Positions 1-18,065 of a DNA stretch of 64,000 bases are shown in pieces. Location of the stretch: the NCBI GenBank assembly GCA_037447605.1, contig CM074817.1:2581209-2645208 (forward strand). Reading direction: 5' to 3'. The notes under the pieces were generated by a model that had not been told where the DNA came from, did not search any database, and was given only the letters and a program-made list of their open reading frames with translations. The stretch is from Zygnema circumcarinatum SAG 698-1b (taxonomy: Eukaryota; Plantae; Zygnematophyceae). Position numbers and translations under genes: made by a program. Each line of letters starts with the position of its first letter. The first letter of the stretch is position 1.

Positions 1-2371
1 ATGATGACAGCCATGAGTGATGTCAAGAGTCCCCACCCTCCGCTGAACCCTGTCCCGAGGCGCGTCCCCCTGCGGCCCATTGAGGCCCTTCAGGATGCTC
101 GCGGCGACGAGGCCCTGCGCCCACCCCGCCGCCGCGAACCAAAGGAGGCGCCCCAACCCGACCGCGCTCGCCAGGTACAGGCCCGCCACGACCTTCCGCG
201 CACACCCGTACGAGGTTTGGTACACAGCTGCACACGGCACTCGGGCCAAGGGCTGCAGGATTAGGGTTGGCATCGCTTCATCTACTCGTCGCCATACAAG
301 TGCAGAAATCTACAAACGAGTCCATACAAGTTCATGTATAGATGCATGATCATACAAGTATATGCATACAGATAGTAGTTCATGAATTTTTGTTAAGATT
401 ACAGCGCTTATTTTGCGTTGCTTGAAGTGACACTCTAGCCCATGTGTTTTTTATGGACGCACAGCTTTGTTCATCTATGCCATCTTTTAAGAGCAATAGG
501 AACAAGTGGAAGGAGAGAGAAAGTAAAGAAAGAGGGGAGAACAAGGTCACCTGCAAAAATGCAGAATGCGACGCAGAGAGCTTGAAGAGGGGCTATCAAC
601 AGAACCGATCTCCGCACTTGCTGCAGAGGAACCATTCGATCCTTAAAAAGAGTCGACGAATCTCTCACCAATTTTCGTTCGAGCGATATAACTTTCGTAA
701 AGAATGAAACGCTAAACCTAAAAATGAGCCGACCGAATGCTTGGAAGTTTGCTCTGCTGTGTGAAGCCTTGTGCCCCTTATACCGCCCCTCCACTTCCTC
801 TTCTAAATCCTGCTTCTTTAAAGCATCTACACTCCCTTCAGCTGAAGCCCTAATTCCAGATGATGTTGCCGCCACAGGAAGAATGTTTTTGTTATAGATT
901 GCCGCAAAGAAGCTCCTCAGCACCCCCCCGAATGGGGTTGTAAAGGAAGACTCTTCTCCCTCTACTTCAAATTGAGACAAGGGGGAGTAAGTGCTGAGAG
1001 TGGAGAATCTATGGCGGAGCTGAGCTAGGGTCCAGCTGGGAAGTGGGGGAAGAGAGGGAGGGGAGGGGGCCCAAGACCACGGAGAAGGTAGGGGAGGCCC
1101 CTCCGCTTTGGCGGATTTGCAGAGTGTGGGGCCGTTGGTACGCATGCAGGAAAGAGGGAGAGGGAGGGGGAGGAGAGAGGGAGAAAGGAGGGAGGGAGGG
1201 ATACAAGCGATAGCTGGCAGCCTGCATCAGCCCTTAATGCTCTCTAAGTCCAATCTGCTTCCCGAAATCTTTTCTCTCTTAACTCAATAGATCAAGCCTA
1301 ACCCTAATTCTGGACCCTTCGCCCTGCGGATATACCCACCCAGCCCTAAATTTACATCAAACCTTCCCTTAAAGATTGGGTATAGTCGATCTGCGGGATG
1401 CGAGCGATCCCTTCCTTCCTCCCGTCCTCCCCCTCCTGCAGCCTCTGTTGCAGATTCCTAATGCAGGCTGAAAGTACTCTGCTGCTGCTCCTGCTGCTGC
1501 TCCTGCTGCCTACTTGCCGTGAGCCCAAACCCTAATTGCCAAAATCCAAGAAGCCCATCTGCTTCAGCTGCATCTGCTTCTTCTGCCCTTCTGGGCCCCC
1601 CATACTGCAGGTGCCATCATGCCATGCCATGCCACATCCTGCCTCACCATGCCATGCTGCCAGCATGCACATGCCCATGCCCATGCGTGCCATGTCTCAG
1701 CATGGCCCCATGCCCATCAGCCATGGCTCGCTCTGTTTCTTTCCTCTCCACTTAATAATAATTTAAGGAGATAAGTGCTACTTCCTTCCCATAATTAAAA
1801 AGCAATGATTAAAAAAAAAGTAAAAGAAAATATCCTCAGCAGTAGTGATCAGTACAGTACGAATCCTTTCTCAAAACTCTCGCGCATAGGCAAATCAGCA
1901 CTCGTCACGTGTCACTAACAGCCACATGTCTACATAGAAAAGCTGCCACGCGTACGGATTTAGCGACCCGCACGTGTTCCAGTAAAACTCGTACACATGG
2001 AACTTCCGTAAGAAACGTACCGAAACACCCGTGTCATGACGTATGTTTCTTGCTTGATGGCGTATGTGGCTCCATGCGTTCATGGTTAACAGTTAGCAGT
2101 TCCACAACATGCTTTTCCATGCGAAATCTATTGCAAAGTTGATTCTCCAATTTTCACATATATCCTTTGTTCCAAATCTAATATTTGTTCTACTGGAACG
2201 GAACGCGGATTCGAAGCATAGGTCGAGGCTTAGGGTTCCGGAGGCGGCCTCAAAGGGGGACGGCTTGGACACGTTGGTCCTTTCGCGAAGCCGCCCTCTC
2301 TCTCTGCGCGCTGAGCCCTTAGACCTGCAGAGGAGGAGGGGGACGAAGGAGGCAGGAGGAAGCCCGCAGCC

Positions 2372-3960
2372 ATGGAGAACGAAGATGGAGAAATTGTGGA
2401 TCTCTACATTCCCCGGAAGTGGTGGGCCCCATGGCTAGGCTATGGCTATGGCTGCTGTGGTGGGGGGGGGGGGAAGAAAAGGGGGCGGAGGGGAGGGGGT
2501 GTAAAGAGTGGGAGGACGGGAGGGAGTTGGAGGAGGGGGGTGGGAGTGAGAGGAGGGGGGGTTGGCTAAGGGAGGGAGTGCGAGGAAGATGGGAGAGTAG
2601 TTGAAAGGTGGGAGGGAGTGGGAGCTGGTGGAAGTGAGAGGAGGTGGGGCGGTAGGGAAGGAAGTGGGAGGAATGTGGGGAGTGTGTAAAAGGTGGGAGG
2701 GATTGGAAGTATGGAGAAAGGGAGTGGTAAAAGAGCGGGGGGGGGGTTGAGGAGGCGGGGAGTGAGTGAGAGAGATAGAGAGATAGAGAGATAGAGAGAT
2801 AGAGGGTGTGTGACAAGGAAACGAGGAGGTGGGGAGAGGGAGAGGGAGAGGGATAGGAGACAGCTGTTGGGAGGTAGGGGCTTGAGTGGAAGCATGGAAA
2901 GTGAGGGGGAGTGAATGGGGAGTCAGAGTATGAGGAGAGTTAGGTTGGGAAACCGGGAAAAAAGGCGAAGGGTGAGAGGGAGGATAGAGAGGGAAGGAAG
3001 AGAGATGGGCTCTGCGCTCTCCTTCCTTCACTAAATTGAGAAATATTTTCTCTGCGCATCATGTGTTTACGCATTGTCCGAGCAGATAGTGTTCTTGGAG
3101 CCGTCATTAGCCCAAAACAAAATTATACTTAAGCAAACTTTGTTGATTTGACGAGTGCAGCTCCTCCACGAACCGGCTGATCACTTCGAAGGACCACGCC
3201 TCCGTGCAGATCAACATCGGCCTTGTGGACGACAAGGGTGTGTACACCGGCCAGTTCACCACTCTCGCGCTCTGCGGCTTTGTGCGCACACAGGTAAAAT
3301 TTCGCCTCTTAATTTTTGGGAATTGGGTATTAAGGTTTTCCCTGGATTCTCCAGAATCCGGTCTCTCAAGTTTTCTGAAATTTGGGTCTTCCGAACTTTT
3401 TTGGGCTGTGGGTATCTCAGGAACTAGGTCGAATGCTTTTCAGGGAATTCAGTTATGGGTCTTTCAGAACTTTTGGGTTTCGGGTCTTTTGGGAGTCAGT
3501 TGTTAAGTTTGTAGGAATTTTGGGTTTTTGGGGTTTGAAGATATTAGGTGAACCATTAGTTATGTCGGGATTGTTAATAGTTTTGTGTTTTTCGATTTGA
3601 GGTTTTCAGGAATTAGGTCTTCAAAGCTCGCAGGGGTCAGTAGGAAACTGGGGTTCTGTTGGAATCCCATGGAATTAGGGTTTGACTATAGTAAGAACTT
3701 ACGTTAAGGCAAGAGTGGCACCTATGTTCGTGCAGCATAGGAGGAGGAGCAAAGTGAGAGTATTGAAGATAGTTTATAGTATTCTTTTTTCTCCTCATAC
3801 ATGTGCAAGTTCATTGTTTTGCATTTGAAGCTCCAGTCTAAGAAGAGTCTTATCAGAAATGCTGAAGCTTTTCTACTTTACTGTTTTGATGTTTCAGGGA
3901 GATGCGGACAGTGCCATGGACAGGCTGTGGTCAAAGAAGAAGGCTGAGCTCAACCAGTAG
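2372..3960 (+). CDS. RPS21: 40S ribosomal protein S21 (eS21), 3 exons: 2372-2421, 3161-3293, 3898-3960
   Basis: Spliced translation [81 protein letters not shown] matches the eS21 signature; GT-AG introns in compatible phases. Confidence 0.97.
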
Positions 3961-4990
3961 ACTGGAACGAAGCCGAGCAGGAATCCCATGAAAAAAGGAA
4001 AACGGGAAGGAATGTAAAGACGAAGTCCTTTATGCAATTGAGCCGGTAGCCTACATGGGGTCATGTGCACCCTCTCTTTTTACCCAGTGAAGCTTTTGTG
4101 TATTCGCTGCATCACATGATGCATGTGATGCCGATGCTGAATGCATGTATGGATGGCGACACGGCACTAAATGGATGACTGCATGGCGCTTGTTGCAAGT
4201 CAAATGGAGTTGGCTTACTAAGCCAGTATTGTGGCTTACGCTCAGTTCAAGTTGTGCCCACAACTTTCGAAACATTCACGTGGGTTTGGCTGTTGATGGT
4301 CAAAGCATGGGAGAAAAGAGAAGCTTGCAGTTGCCAGGCTCCCTCCTCTTCCCTGCCCTTCTTCCCCATCTCTCCCCTCCCACTCGCAATTCCCCTTCTA
4401 TTTTCCCCACTGCACCGTCTCCTCTCCCCCTTTTCTCCCACTCTCCTGCCCGCTCAACGTCCCCCTCATCCCCTCCAACTCTCTCTCCCGCCCCCCTCCC
4501 CTTCCCTCCCCTCCTCTCCCCTTCTCCTCTCGTCGGTGAGAGGCATACAACATCGTACACAATCAACCCATTATATCAGCTAAAGAAATGAGCACTGCAT
4601 CTTTGGAGCCAGCTTGGCTGCTGAACAGAGAAAGTTATGCCTATTCAAACAAAGCATATCTGCTCCATATGGATGTGAGAAACAACTCCATAGGCATATC
4701 CATATACATACGACTCCATTAAGGTAGTCGATTTAATTGCTCTTTTGTCAATACTAAAATTCTTGTCCTATCCCCCAGTGCCATGAAGCATATGCAGTTG
4801 AGCCTCTCAAACTTCACAACAGACCTCCCCCACAAATGAACATTCATTCTGATTTTGGATTCCACGCAGCACCTCATTCACCTATCTCTGTGACTGCTGC
4901 AGTCCCGTAATTACGTTGAATTACGTCCTCATTGGCTGATTTAATTCTGTTGAATTATGTCCTCATTAACTGATTTATGACAGCATATGT

Positions 4991-5856
4991 TTAAGCGGCG
5001 TTTGCGAGCTCCTTCTCCTTGAGCTCTTTCAAGAGCTGCTGTCTCAAAGCATATGCTTCATGCTCCAGTCGTACGTCCTCCATCTGTACATAACATCAAT
5101 TCAGAAAACCTAAACAAGGTTATAAATATTCATTTACAACATCATCATAATGCAAGCAGATTCTAAACCTAAACAAGGGAAACTACACAAATTCCAAAAT
5201 TATAGAACGCCTGAGGAGTGCATCCTCAAGTGTGCTTGCAGTGAAGGACAGGGCATAGCAACCATGTTATCGAAAAAGATCTCTAAGGTTTTCAACACTC
5301 ATCATGACAAATCCTCACAAACCAGCTTGTTGTTTCTGTTCCTTTCAACATTTGATATTCTGGCCTTGCAAAAAGATCCTAAAAAAAATTCAGGGAGATC
5401 CTTGGTTTTCATGGGGAGGGAGAAGGGAGGAAGAGAAAGAGGACGAACGCATCAGCTAAATAAGACATTTCCGTTCAAGCCTCTGAATATATGGCAAAAA
5501 TCCGGAAAAATAAACGAGGAGGGAAACAAACTGTCTGAATCGCATTCACTCAAGTCATCAGAAAGATCAGCACACCACCCTTTAAGCATCGTGCATGCCC
5601 AAGAGAATGCGAGGAAGGCAGAGAATGAATACATAAGGAGCGAGACAAACACATGCAAGAGACGGATAAGCGAATGAAGAGAGCGGTAGGAGAGAGATAG
5701 GAAGAGAGAGGGAGAGAGAGAGAGAGAGAGCGAGCGAAGGGGCCCTCTCACCTTCCTGTCCCGGCGCTCCGCCATCCAGACAAAGAGGCCGTCCATGGAG
5801 GTGACGCCCACGTAGGCGACTCCCACCATCGCCGCGAAGGTCCACATGCGCACCAT
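4991..5856 (-). CDS. 65-aa single-pass membrane microprotein of unknown function, 2 exons: 5856-5752, 5083-4991
   Basis: MVRMWTFAAMVGVAYVGVTSMDGLFVWMAERRDRK|MEDVRLEHEAYALRQQLLKELKEKELANAA*; AAG|gtgag donor and tacag acceptor, both phase 0; hydrophobic N-half, charged helical C-half. Confidence 0.75.
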
Positions 5857-6014
5857 GACGGACTCCTCCCTCTCCTCCTTCCTCTCCCTTCCTTCTCTCT
5901 CTCCTCTCGATCCTCTCCCTCTCCCTCACCTCCAAATTAGGGTTAAGGTTAGCGCTAGGGTTAGGATTAGGGCAAGAGGGAGGGCCTTTCTCGAACTTCA
6001 TATTCGAACCTCCT

Positions 6015-6068
6015 CCAATGACGACTCGCCACGTGTACACGTTTGTACACGTGGCGTATTTCCACTGG
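6015..6068. promoter_or_regulatory. Inward-facing pair of CCAAT-N9-CCACG-type sites around a 13-bp-arm palindrome of two G-boxes
   Basis: CCAATgacgactcgCCACGTGTACA-cgtt-TGTACACGTGGcgtatttccACTGG, about 160 bp upstream of the microprotein ATG. Confidence 0.6.
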
Positions 6069-6767
6069 CTTTGCAATGGACCTTGGCCGCGGGGGTAACT
6101 TCGATCGGCCTCGGTTTCCGAAACGACGACTTCGCCCAATTCCCTCCCCTTTCACAAAATTTATTTGTTGTTTTACTCTATTCAATTTACTTAATTGTTA
6201 TTTATTAGAATGGCATGGCATGGGTCTCACACATGGGCATGCCATGACACAACATGAACAACAACCACATGGACAACATGGGGAACCACGAGGAGCCAAC
6301 CAACCGCCCACAAAGGACCTAGGGATGATAGAACAAAGCCATGAGCGGACCTTGCTTCCATGCCCATGAGAAGAAAAGAGAGGAGAGAGAGGCAGCTCTG
6401 CAGCGCTTTCAAGCACAGCAGTTTTGCTTTCTAGTATCTGCGAATGAACGGCATAGGCGGATTACATTACATCAATCTAAAAACAAAAAAAAAGTTGAGC
6501 AAACTACGACTTTATGTGGTCGCAGAACCTGCAGCCCATCAGTATTTCTATCCTCTGAAGGCCACGACCTGCTGCTGCTGCTGTTGACTAGACCTAAAGT
6601 CACACATTAAGGAAAGAAACAATGCAATTTTTAGAGTGGAAACGAAACAATTTGAGAGAACCGGCTACCGAGATGATGAGATTATAATTTCTGCCTTCCC
6701 CTAATGGACCACAGTGAGGCCAAACTCCTTTGGCCTCACTGTGCAGCCCATCATCCTGCATGCTCTG

Positions 6768-6880
6768 AACCCTAATTTCTCACTCTGTAACCCTAATTTT
6801 TCACTCTGTAACCCTAATTTTTCACTCTGTAACCCTAATTTTTCACTCTGTAACCCTGATTTTTCACTCTGTAACCCTAT
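6768..6880. repeat. 21-bp tandem repeat (AACCCTAATTTTTCACTCTGT) x5.4 in the 3' UTR of the AXY9-like gene
   Basis: Directly visible near-identical units containing the telomere-like CCCTAA. Confidence 0.95.
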
Positions 6881-6884
6881 TTTT

Positions 6885-9321
6885 TTAGGGTTGCCATCTC
6901 CGCAGCATGTTAAGCATGACCTGCGCCGCCGCCCCATATGTCGCCTCATTGTAATGCATGCCATCCTCCGTACAGGTCCCCCCACAATCATGTGACAGCT
7001 GCCGCAAGTCGACTTCAAAAACTGGACCCTTTGGCAGTAAAATTTTACTTTTCTGCACTCCCTTCGCATAGGCTTCAACCATATCCGGAGTCATTCTCGC
7101 CCTCTTTCTCTCCGTATTAAGGCGAGAATTGATCAATTCCGGCATAGAAACCCACGCAAGAAAGGGCCACGAGGGTTTTCTCGCCTCTATCAGCTTCCTC
7201 TGAACCCCCACACTTCCTCTCCCCTCCTCTCCCTCCCTCTCCCGCATCTCTCTCTCTCTACTTCCGCCACTCCCCTCCTGCTTTACCGGCGATTCCTTCA
7301 CATGAACAGCCCCTCCCTCAGCTTGTTCCCTCGCTCTCTCTCCTTCCCTCCCTCCGTCTCCTCTCTCTCCTTCCCTCCCTCCCTCTCCTCTCTCTCCTTC
7401 CCTCCCTCCCTCTCCTCTCTCTGGGAGTCTAAGAAGCCGCCGTCTCGGCTCCTTCAAGGCGTTACAACCCTCCGATCTTAGAAGCTCAACAACTTCTTCT
7501 CGCAAATCCACCATGGATGATTGGTAGTCTTTAGGGTCTGTGACCCATGCTAAGTGCCAAAGTGCAGCCCCCATGATCAACAATGTGGGGCAGTGGCCCT
7601 CTTCAATGAAAGAAGAAATCTCAGTAGTGATGTTTTCTGCATAAGGTCTCCATAGGAAGGAGACTTTCAACCCATATTCTTCAAATTCGTGATCGAAGTC
7701 TGCGTGCCGTTTGAATAAGATGGGGCGAATGGGTTCTAATGTGGGCAGGATAAGGCGTAGTAAAGCGACAAGGAAGAAGCGCGTTTGGGAGTCGCCTGCG
7801 CCCAATTGCATACAAAAATATTCACTTACAGAAGCAAAACTACTTCAGAGAAACTGTTGGCGAGAATAGAATAAGCGCAATTCGAGATAGTTCAAGCTGC
7901 TTCAGCTTCTTGATCTAGATACATTTGATTTCTTGATTAAGTAGTCAGCCTTTGTAGACTCCGACACATTGTCGCTGGACCCTCTCCCTCTCCCTCTCCC
8001 TCTCCCTCTGCCTGCCACTTCCTCTCACCTCATCCTCCTCTTTTCGCCCCTTCAGTACTTACCTGCTCGCTACCTCTTCCTTTCTCCCACTTCTCCTCCC
8101 TTCCCGACTTCTCCCTCTCCCACTCCTTTGAAAACTTTATAACTCAGAAAGCAAAAAGGTTAGGGAAGAAATTCTGGAGAAAGAGGCGCTTCCTTTATAA
8201 ACCCATTTTTTTAGCAGATAAAAAGGAAAGGATGTGCATGCAGTGATTTCCACATTGTAATTCTTCTGTTTCTCCTTCACATTTTTTCTCATTCCTTTTT
8301 TCTTATTTCGTCCACTTTATCAAGCAGATTCAGCGGTGTTCAAAACCACAGACTTCATGCTGACAAATTCTGAACATATAGGAGACTCCCTTGCAAGCAA
8401 TACTAAGAAAATGAGGGAAGGTAAGGGAAGAGGGAGGAAGGAGGAGATAGAAGAATAGAGAATCGAAGTACGAGAGAGTGCGAGCTAGAGGGAGGGAAGG
8501 GGGGAGATTGGGAGACTGAGGAAAGAAGAGTGGATGAGAGGGGAAATGCAAGAGAGAGAGAGTGGAAAGAGAAAGGACGGAGGGAGGAGAATAAGAGGAG
8601 AGAGAATTGGCATACACAATACAAAGAGGCAGAGCACGAGGGACAAGGGAGAGGAAGGAAGGAGAGCAAGATTATATAAAGAGATAGAGAGAGGAGAGGG
8701 AAAGAAAGAGAGCGAAAGAGCCCAATTACCCGCAATAACGATCCAAGAATCCTTTAGTAAGCTCCGAGCCTCCTCAGCCTCCAGCTTGGAAAATCTACAT
8801 TGGTTAAGGGTCCTGGGCCTCCAATCCCACACTCTCTCCTCCTTCCTCTCTCTCCCATCTCCTCTCCCTCCTCCCTCCCCCAAAAGCAGCCCCCAGAATC
8901 CCCCATGCTTAGCCCACCAAGTCTCTCCCTCCCCTCTCCCGTCTCCCCCCTCCCTCCTCCCCTCCCCCCCCCTCTGCTCCTCTCCGGCCCCCTCTCCTTC
9001 TCCCCCCGCCCCTCCCTCTCCCTTTCCCTCTCCCACTCCCCGACTCTCCGTCGCATTCTTCCATTCTATCTCCTCCACTCTCCTTAAACATTTGTCTGCG
9101 AGAGCTGCCCTCCTTATGTGCTCCTCCACGTGTCCCACTCCCCGCCATTGCCGCCACTCCCGAGGAGAGAGAGAAAGCCCGCCCAGGAATCCGAGGCCCC
9201 CATTGAAGGAGAGTTGAATTGTGACATGGAGGGAGAGAGCGAGGATTGCCAGGCCGGCCAACCAGATGTAGCGGGGGGAGCGGGGGCGCGGAGTAGATAG
9301 CGAGAGGGGGGTAATAGACAT
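6885..9321 (-). CDS. AXY9: ALTERED XYLOGLUCAN 9-like polysaccharide O-acetylation protein (PC-esterase/TBL-related), 2 exons: 9321-8730, 7795-6885
   Basis: N-terminal signal anchor; WIVIAG|DSQTRF (GDS motif split by a phase-1 intron), LFKRHADF, LIMGAALWH, LNTERKRARM, and C-terminal DGMHY (DxxH), all characteristic of AXY9. Confidence 0.85.
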
Positions 9322-9946
9322 GCTGCTCTACCGGTGCCGCCGCTCCCGCTACCTCGCAGGAGAGCTTTCTGCCCCTCTCCCTCTCTTCCCCCTCCCTCTC
9401 TCCCACTCCCACTCTCCCACTCTCTCTCACTCTTTCTCTGACTCTGCTAATTTCACGTCCCCTCTCCCTAACTCCCTCTCCCGGCTTAAGCACATATTCT
9501 AGACCAATTATGAGCCGTACCACTTTACTGTACGGTGAATCCATGCACGCCAGTACTACGGAACTGCGTCATATGGTCGTACCTTAGCAAGGATCATATC
9601 ATATCACGAAAATCTCGTATCGTATTCTACAATATCGTATCAAAGCATATCGTATCCTTAGATACGGAAAATAATTTGGACCAATCAGAAGGTGCAACTC
9701 TCCGATCGGGCTGACTACTGTACCGTATAATATCGGCCATAGGAATATATCGTATGCATCGTATCGAGATAAATAGATATAATATTGAAGGCAGTCTATA
9801 TCGTACGGTACCAGGGGTCATGCTGCAATATTGGAGCAATCGGAGCGTTTGCCACGTGGCATTGACCGCAGAGGGCGACCTGCCACGTGGCACCCTGCGA
9901 GCTTGGGAGAAGGTCTGCTGGACACGTGGCGCGGGCTGGTGGCAGG

Positions 9947-13014
<3,068 letters not shown>

Positions 13015-14066
13015 CAATGTTGTTCCATGTGTACAGTCTTTAGACCCTGGTTGGGTCTGCTGGTTCCATGTGTATAGTTTACAGTTGAACTGTTTTGACG
13101 GGTACTATGCTCCTGGTTCTCTGTTCCGTACATACATTTCTTTGGAGAACGGAGTTTATTGTGATTAGGTCTAATCTCTCTCGCCAGTGTTTCTCTTGCC
13201 ACATGTTGTATGTCTGAATTTTTTGAAATTTAGTTTGTCGAGACGATTAGAACGTTGTAAAATTTGAAAAATTCATCGCCGTTTGTTGTAATACTCGCTT
13301 CCCTCCGTCATCTCTCTTTTATTATTTTTTTAAGTATATATTTGCAACCAGTAAAACTGACACAGCATGCCTTGTTTTGGGAGCTGAGCTTCCCGTTGCA
13401 AAAAAAGAAAAACATGTTTTATAGCAAGCGGTAGTTTTGTTAATATTCGCTGCGTCTTGTGTTGCTGCTATAGGAACACTTTCTTCTTTTCAGTAAACTT
13501 ATTCATTTGTAAAGTAATAATTAGAATTAATTGAGCTCGAAATTAATTATCTAGGTATTCATTACACTGAACTCAAAGATACGATTCAACTCAACAGAAT
13601 TTGTTGAATCTGTACTTAAAAAGTAAAATGCTCAAAATGTTTCAGCATTTGGTTTTACCGTAAAAGCGAGCGAGCGCAGCAAAAGACAAAAGTATTTTTC
13701 TTGCAATTTCAATATCGCTAAAACCAGAACCAGGCAGTATGCCAAACGTCAGGTTTTGGAGTTTCAGGGTTCAAAGGGTTCTAACTGCACCCTTCGAGTT
13801 GACTTTACTGAGGTTTGTCAAGTACTTTCTGCCGTTACATAAAGTGAAACATAATTCAAGGCAGGTTTTCGCCTCGACATAATCTGACAATTCTAAGCTT
13901 GGCCTATATCCATGTTAAATCTTCCAATCAAACTGAAAACAGTAAACTATGAAATGCAAACTGCAAATTATTGTGAAAAAATCTAAATTGTTTAGTTGTA
14001 ATGTTTATCAATTTGTCGTTTGTCACATTTTGTAAAACCCCTTTTTTTTTTCTTTTTTCGAAAGCG

Positions 14067-16597
<2,531 letters not shown>

Positions 16598-18065
16598 GTT
16601 TAAAGCTTGCCTTTTAAGCCGGTTTAAGATGAGTTATAAGAAACCCAAAAGGAGATTAAAATGAAATTCAATAAAGCCTCAGAAAAACTAATCAGAACCC
16701 ACAAAATATGTTTTCTTTTTTATTCAAGATTTAGCTAAAAAAAAGTAAACTTTTGTGAAGGGCGCGCTGCGGAGAGGGCGGGAGCTGGTGCCCGCCTCGG
16801 CAGCTTGGCGGGAGGATATATCGAGAGACTGTCAATACATATCGTGTGGGCCAATACGTATCGGTTGACCTTGACTTTTAGCTCGTCTTAACTTCTTAAG
16901 CCAATGATTAAATTCAAGCGGGAATTTTTCAAAATTATACTGCATACTTTTGTGAGCTAACTATACTTAGCAAGATACTGATTTTCGGAAAAATAACTTC
17001 ATTTGACTCCAATAAAAATATCAATAGTAACACATGATTGGCTCCAGTTCTGGAAGAAACTGTACGAAACCAATCAGGACCACGTCATTTCATGGTTGTC
17101 AGAATTCAGAAGATGCCAGAACCGTATTTGTCGTTTGCGGATATTCGAGAACATATCGGCAAATTGCCGCGTCTCGAAATTGACGGCCAAAACTTACCGG
17201 CGCTGGCCGGCCGGCGGTCGCTTTGCTGGCAATTCATTCTGTACGGAAATACTGCCAAGGTCCTCGGCCCTCGAGGACGAATCGTGAGGTGCCACGTGGC
17301 AGAAAGACGCCTTCCTATTGGCTTGATGCGGCGCCTACCACAAGTTTGAATTCCGAATTTGAAGTTTTTTTTGTACTTTGGAAAACTTGGTTTCCGATTT
17401 ATTGCAGGAAACTTGGGGGCGCAAAACTGGAAAGAGATTGGAACCTAGAAACTCCAACTTTAACTGAAACTGGAACTGCAACTGAAGAAATGGATATTTG
17501 CCAAATCACGAGCAAGAAACAATTTTTGGTCTTCAAAATCTGTGAGCCTTTTCAAAGTTGGAAAGCCAAAATGCCACAAAAGGAGAGAGGGCAAAAAATC
17601 GAATTTCCCCTCCGTTCCATGCCCGTTACCCGTTTCAAACTGACTGCAGTTTAACGCCATACCGTTGTCTTCAACAGTTCTCTGTAGCATTCTTCACAGC
17701 CGCCGTTATTTTCGTTTTACAAAATGCAATTTGCGCTGCCTCCGTCTGCCCAACACAACATTGTGAAACCATCAACCATGAGTGTGGGCCATGGAACCTC
17801 CCCAAGTCACCATGCTCACTCACATAACCACTGAACAAACACATGCCATGCGATGCGGCACACATGTACATGACATGAGATGGGACCCAACATGGCATGC
17901 ACAACATGGGTTGAGATACAACATGGGAAATGACACGCATGGGACACGCACACCATTGGATGGGCATGACATGAGACCCAACGACACATGCCATGGATAT
18001 GGCACATGGCATTGATGGCATTCACCATGCCAGCCATGCCATGGCATCCATCCATCCATGGCATG

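Noticed and set aside
1-1500. ORFs 1..264, 80..349 and 471..1145 as genes
   Set aside because: No recognisable domain or splice structure; possibly a decayed TE or the tail of a gene outside the window
3294-3897. Intronic snoRNA in RPS21 (also considered 11380-11460)
   Set aside because: No convincing C/D or H/ACA box pair with a terminal stem seen
4109-4977. 10-bp hairpin at 4109-4131 and 34-bp tandem duplication at 4915-4977
   Set aside because: Short features in UTRs; no evidence of function
6768-6880. CRISPR-like array
   Set aside because: Head-to-tail repeats without unique spacers, in a eukaryotic context
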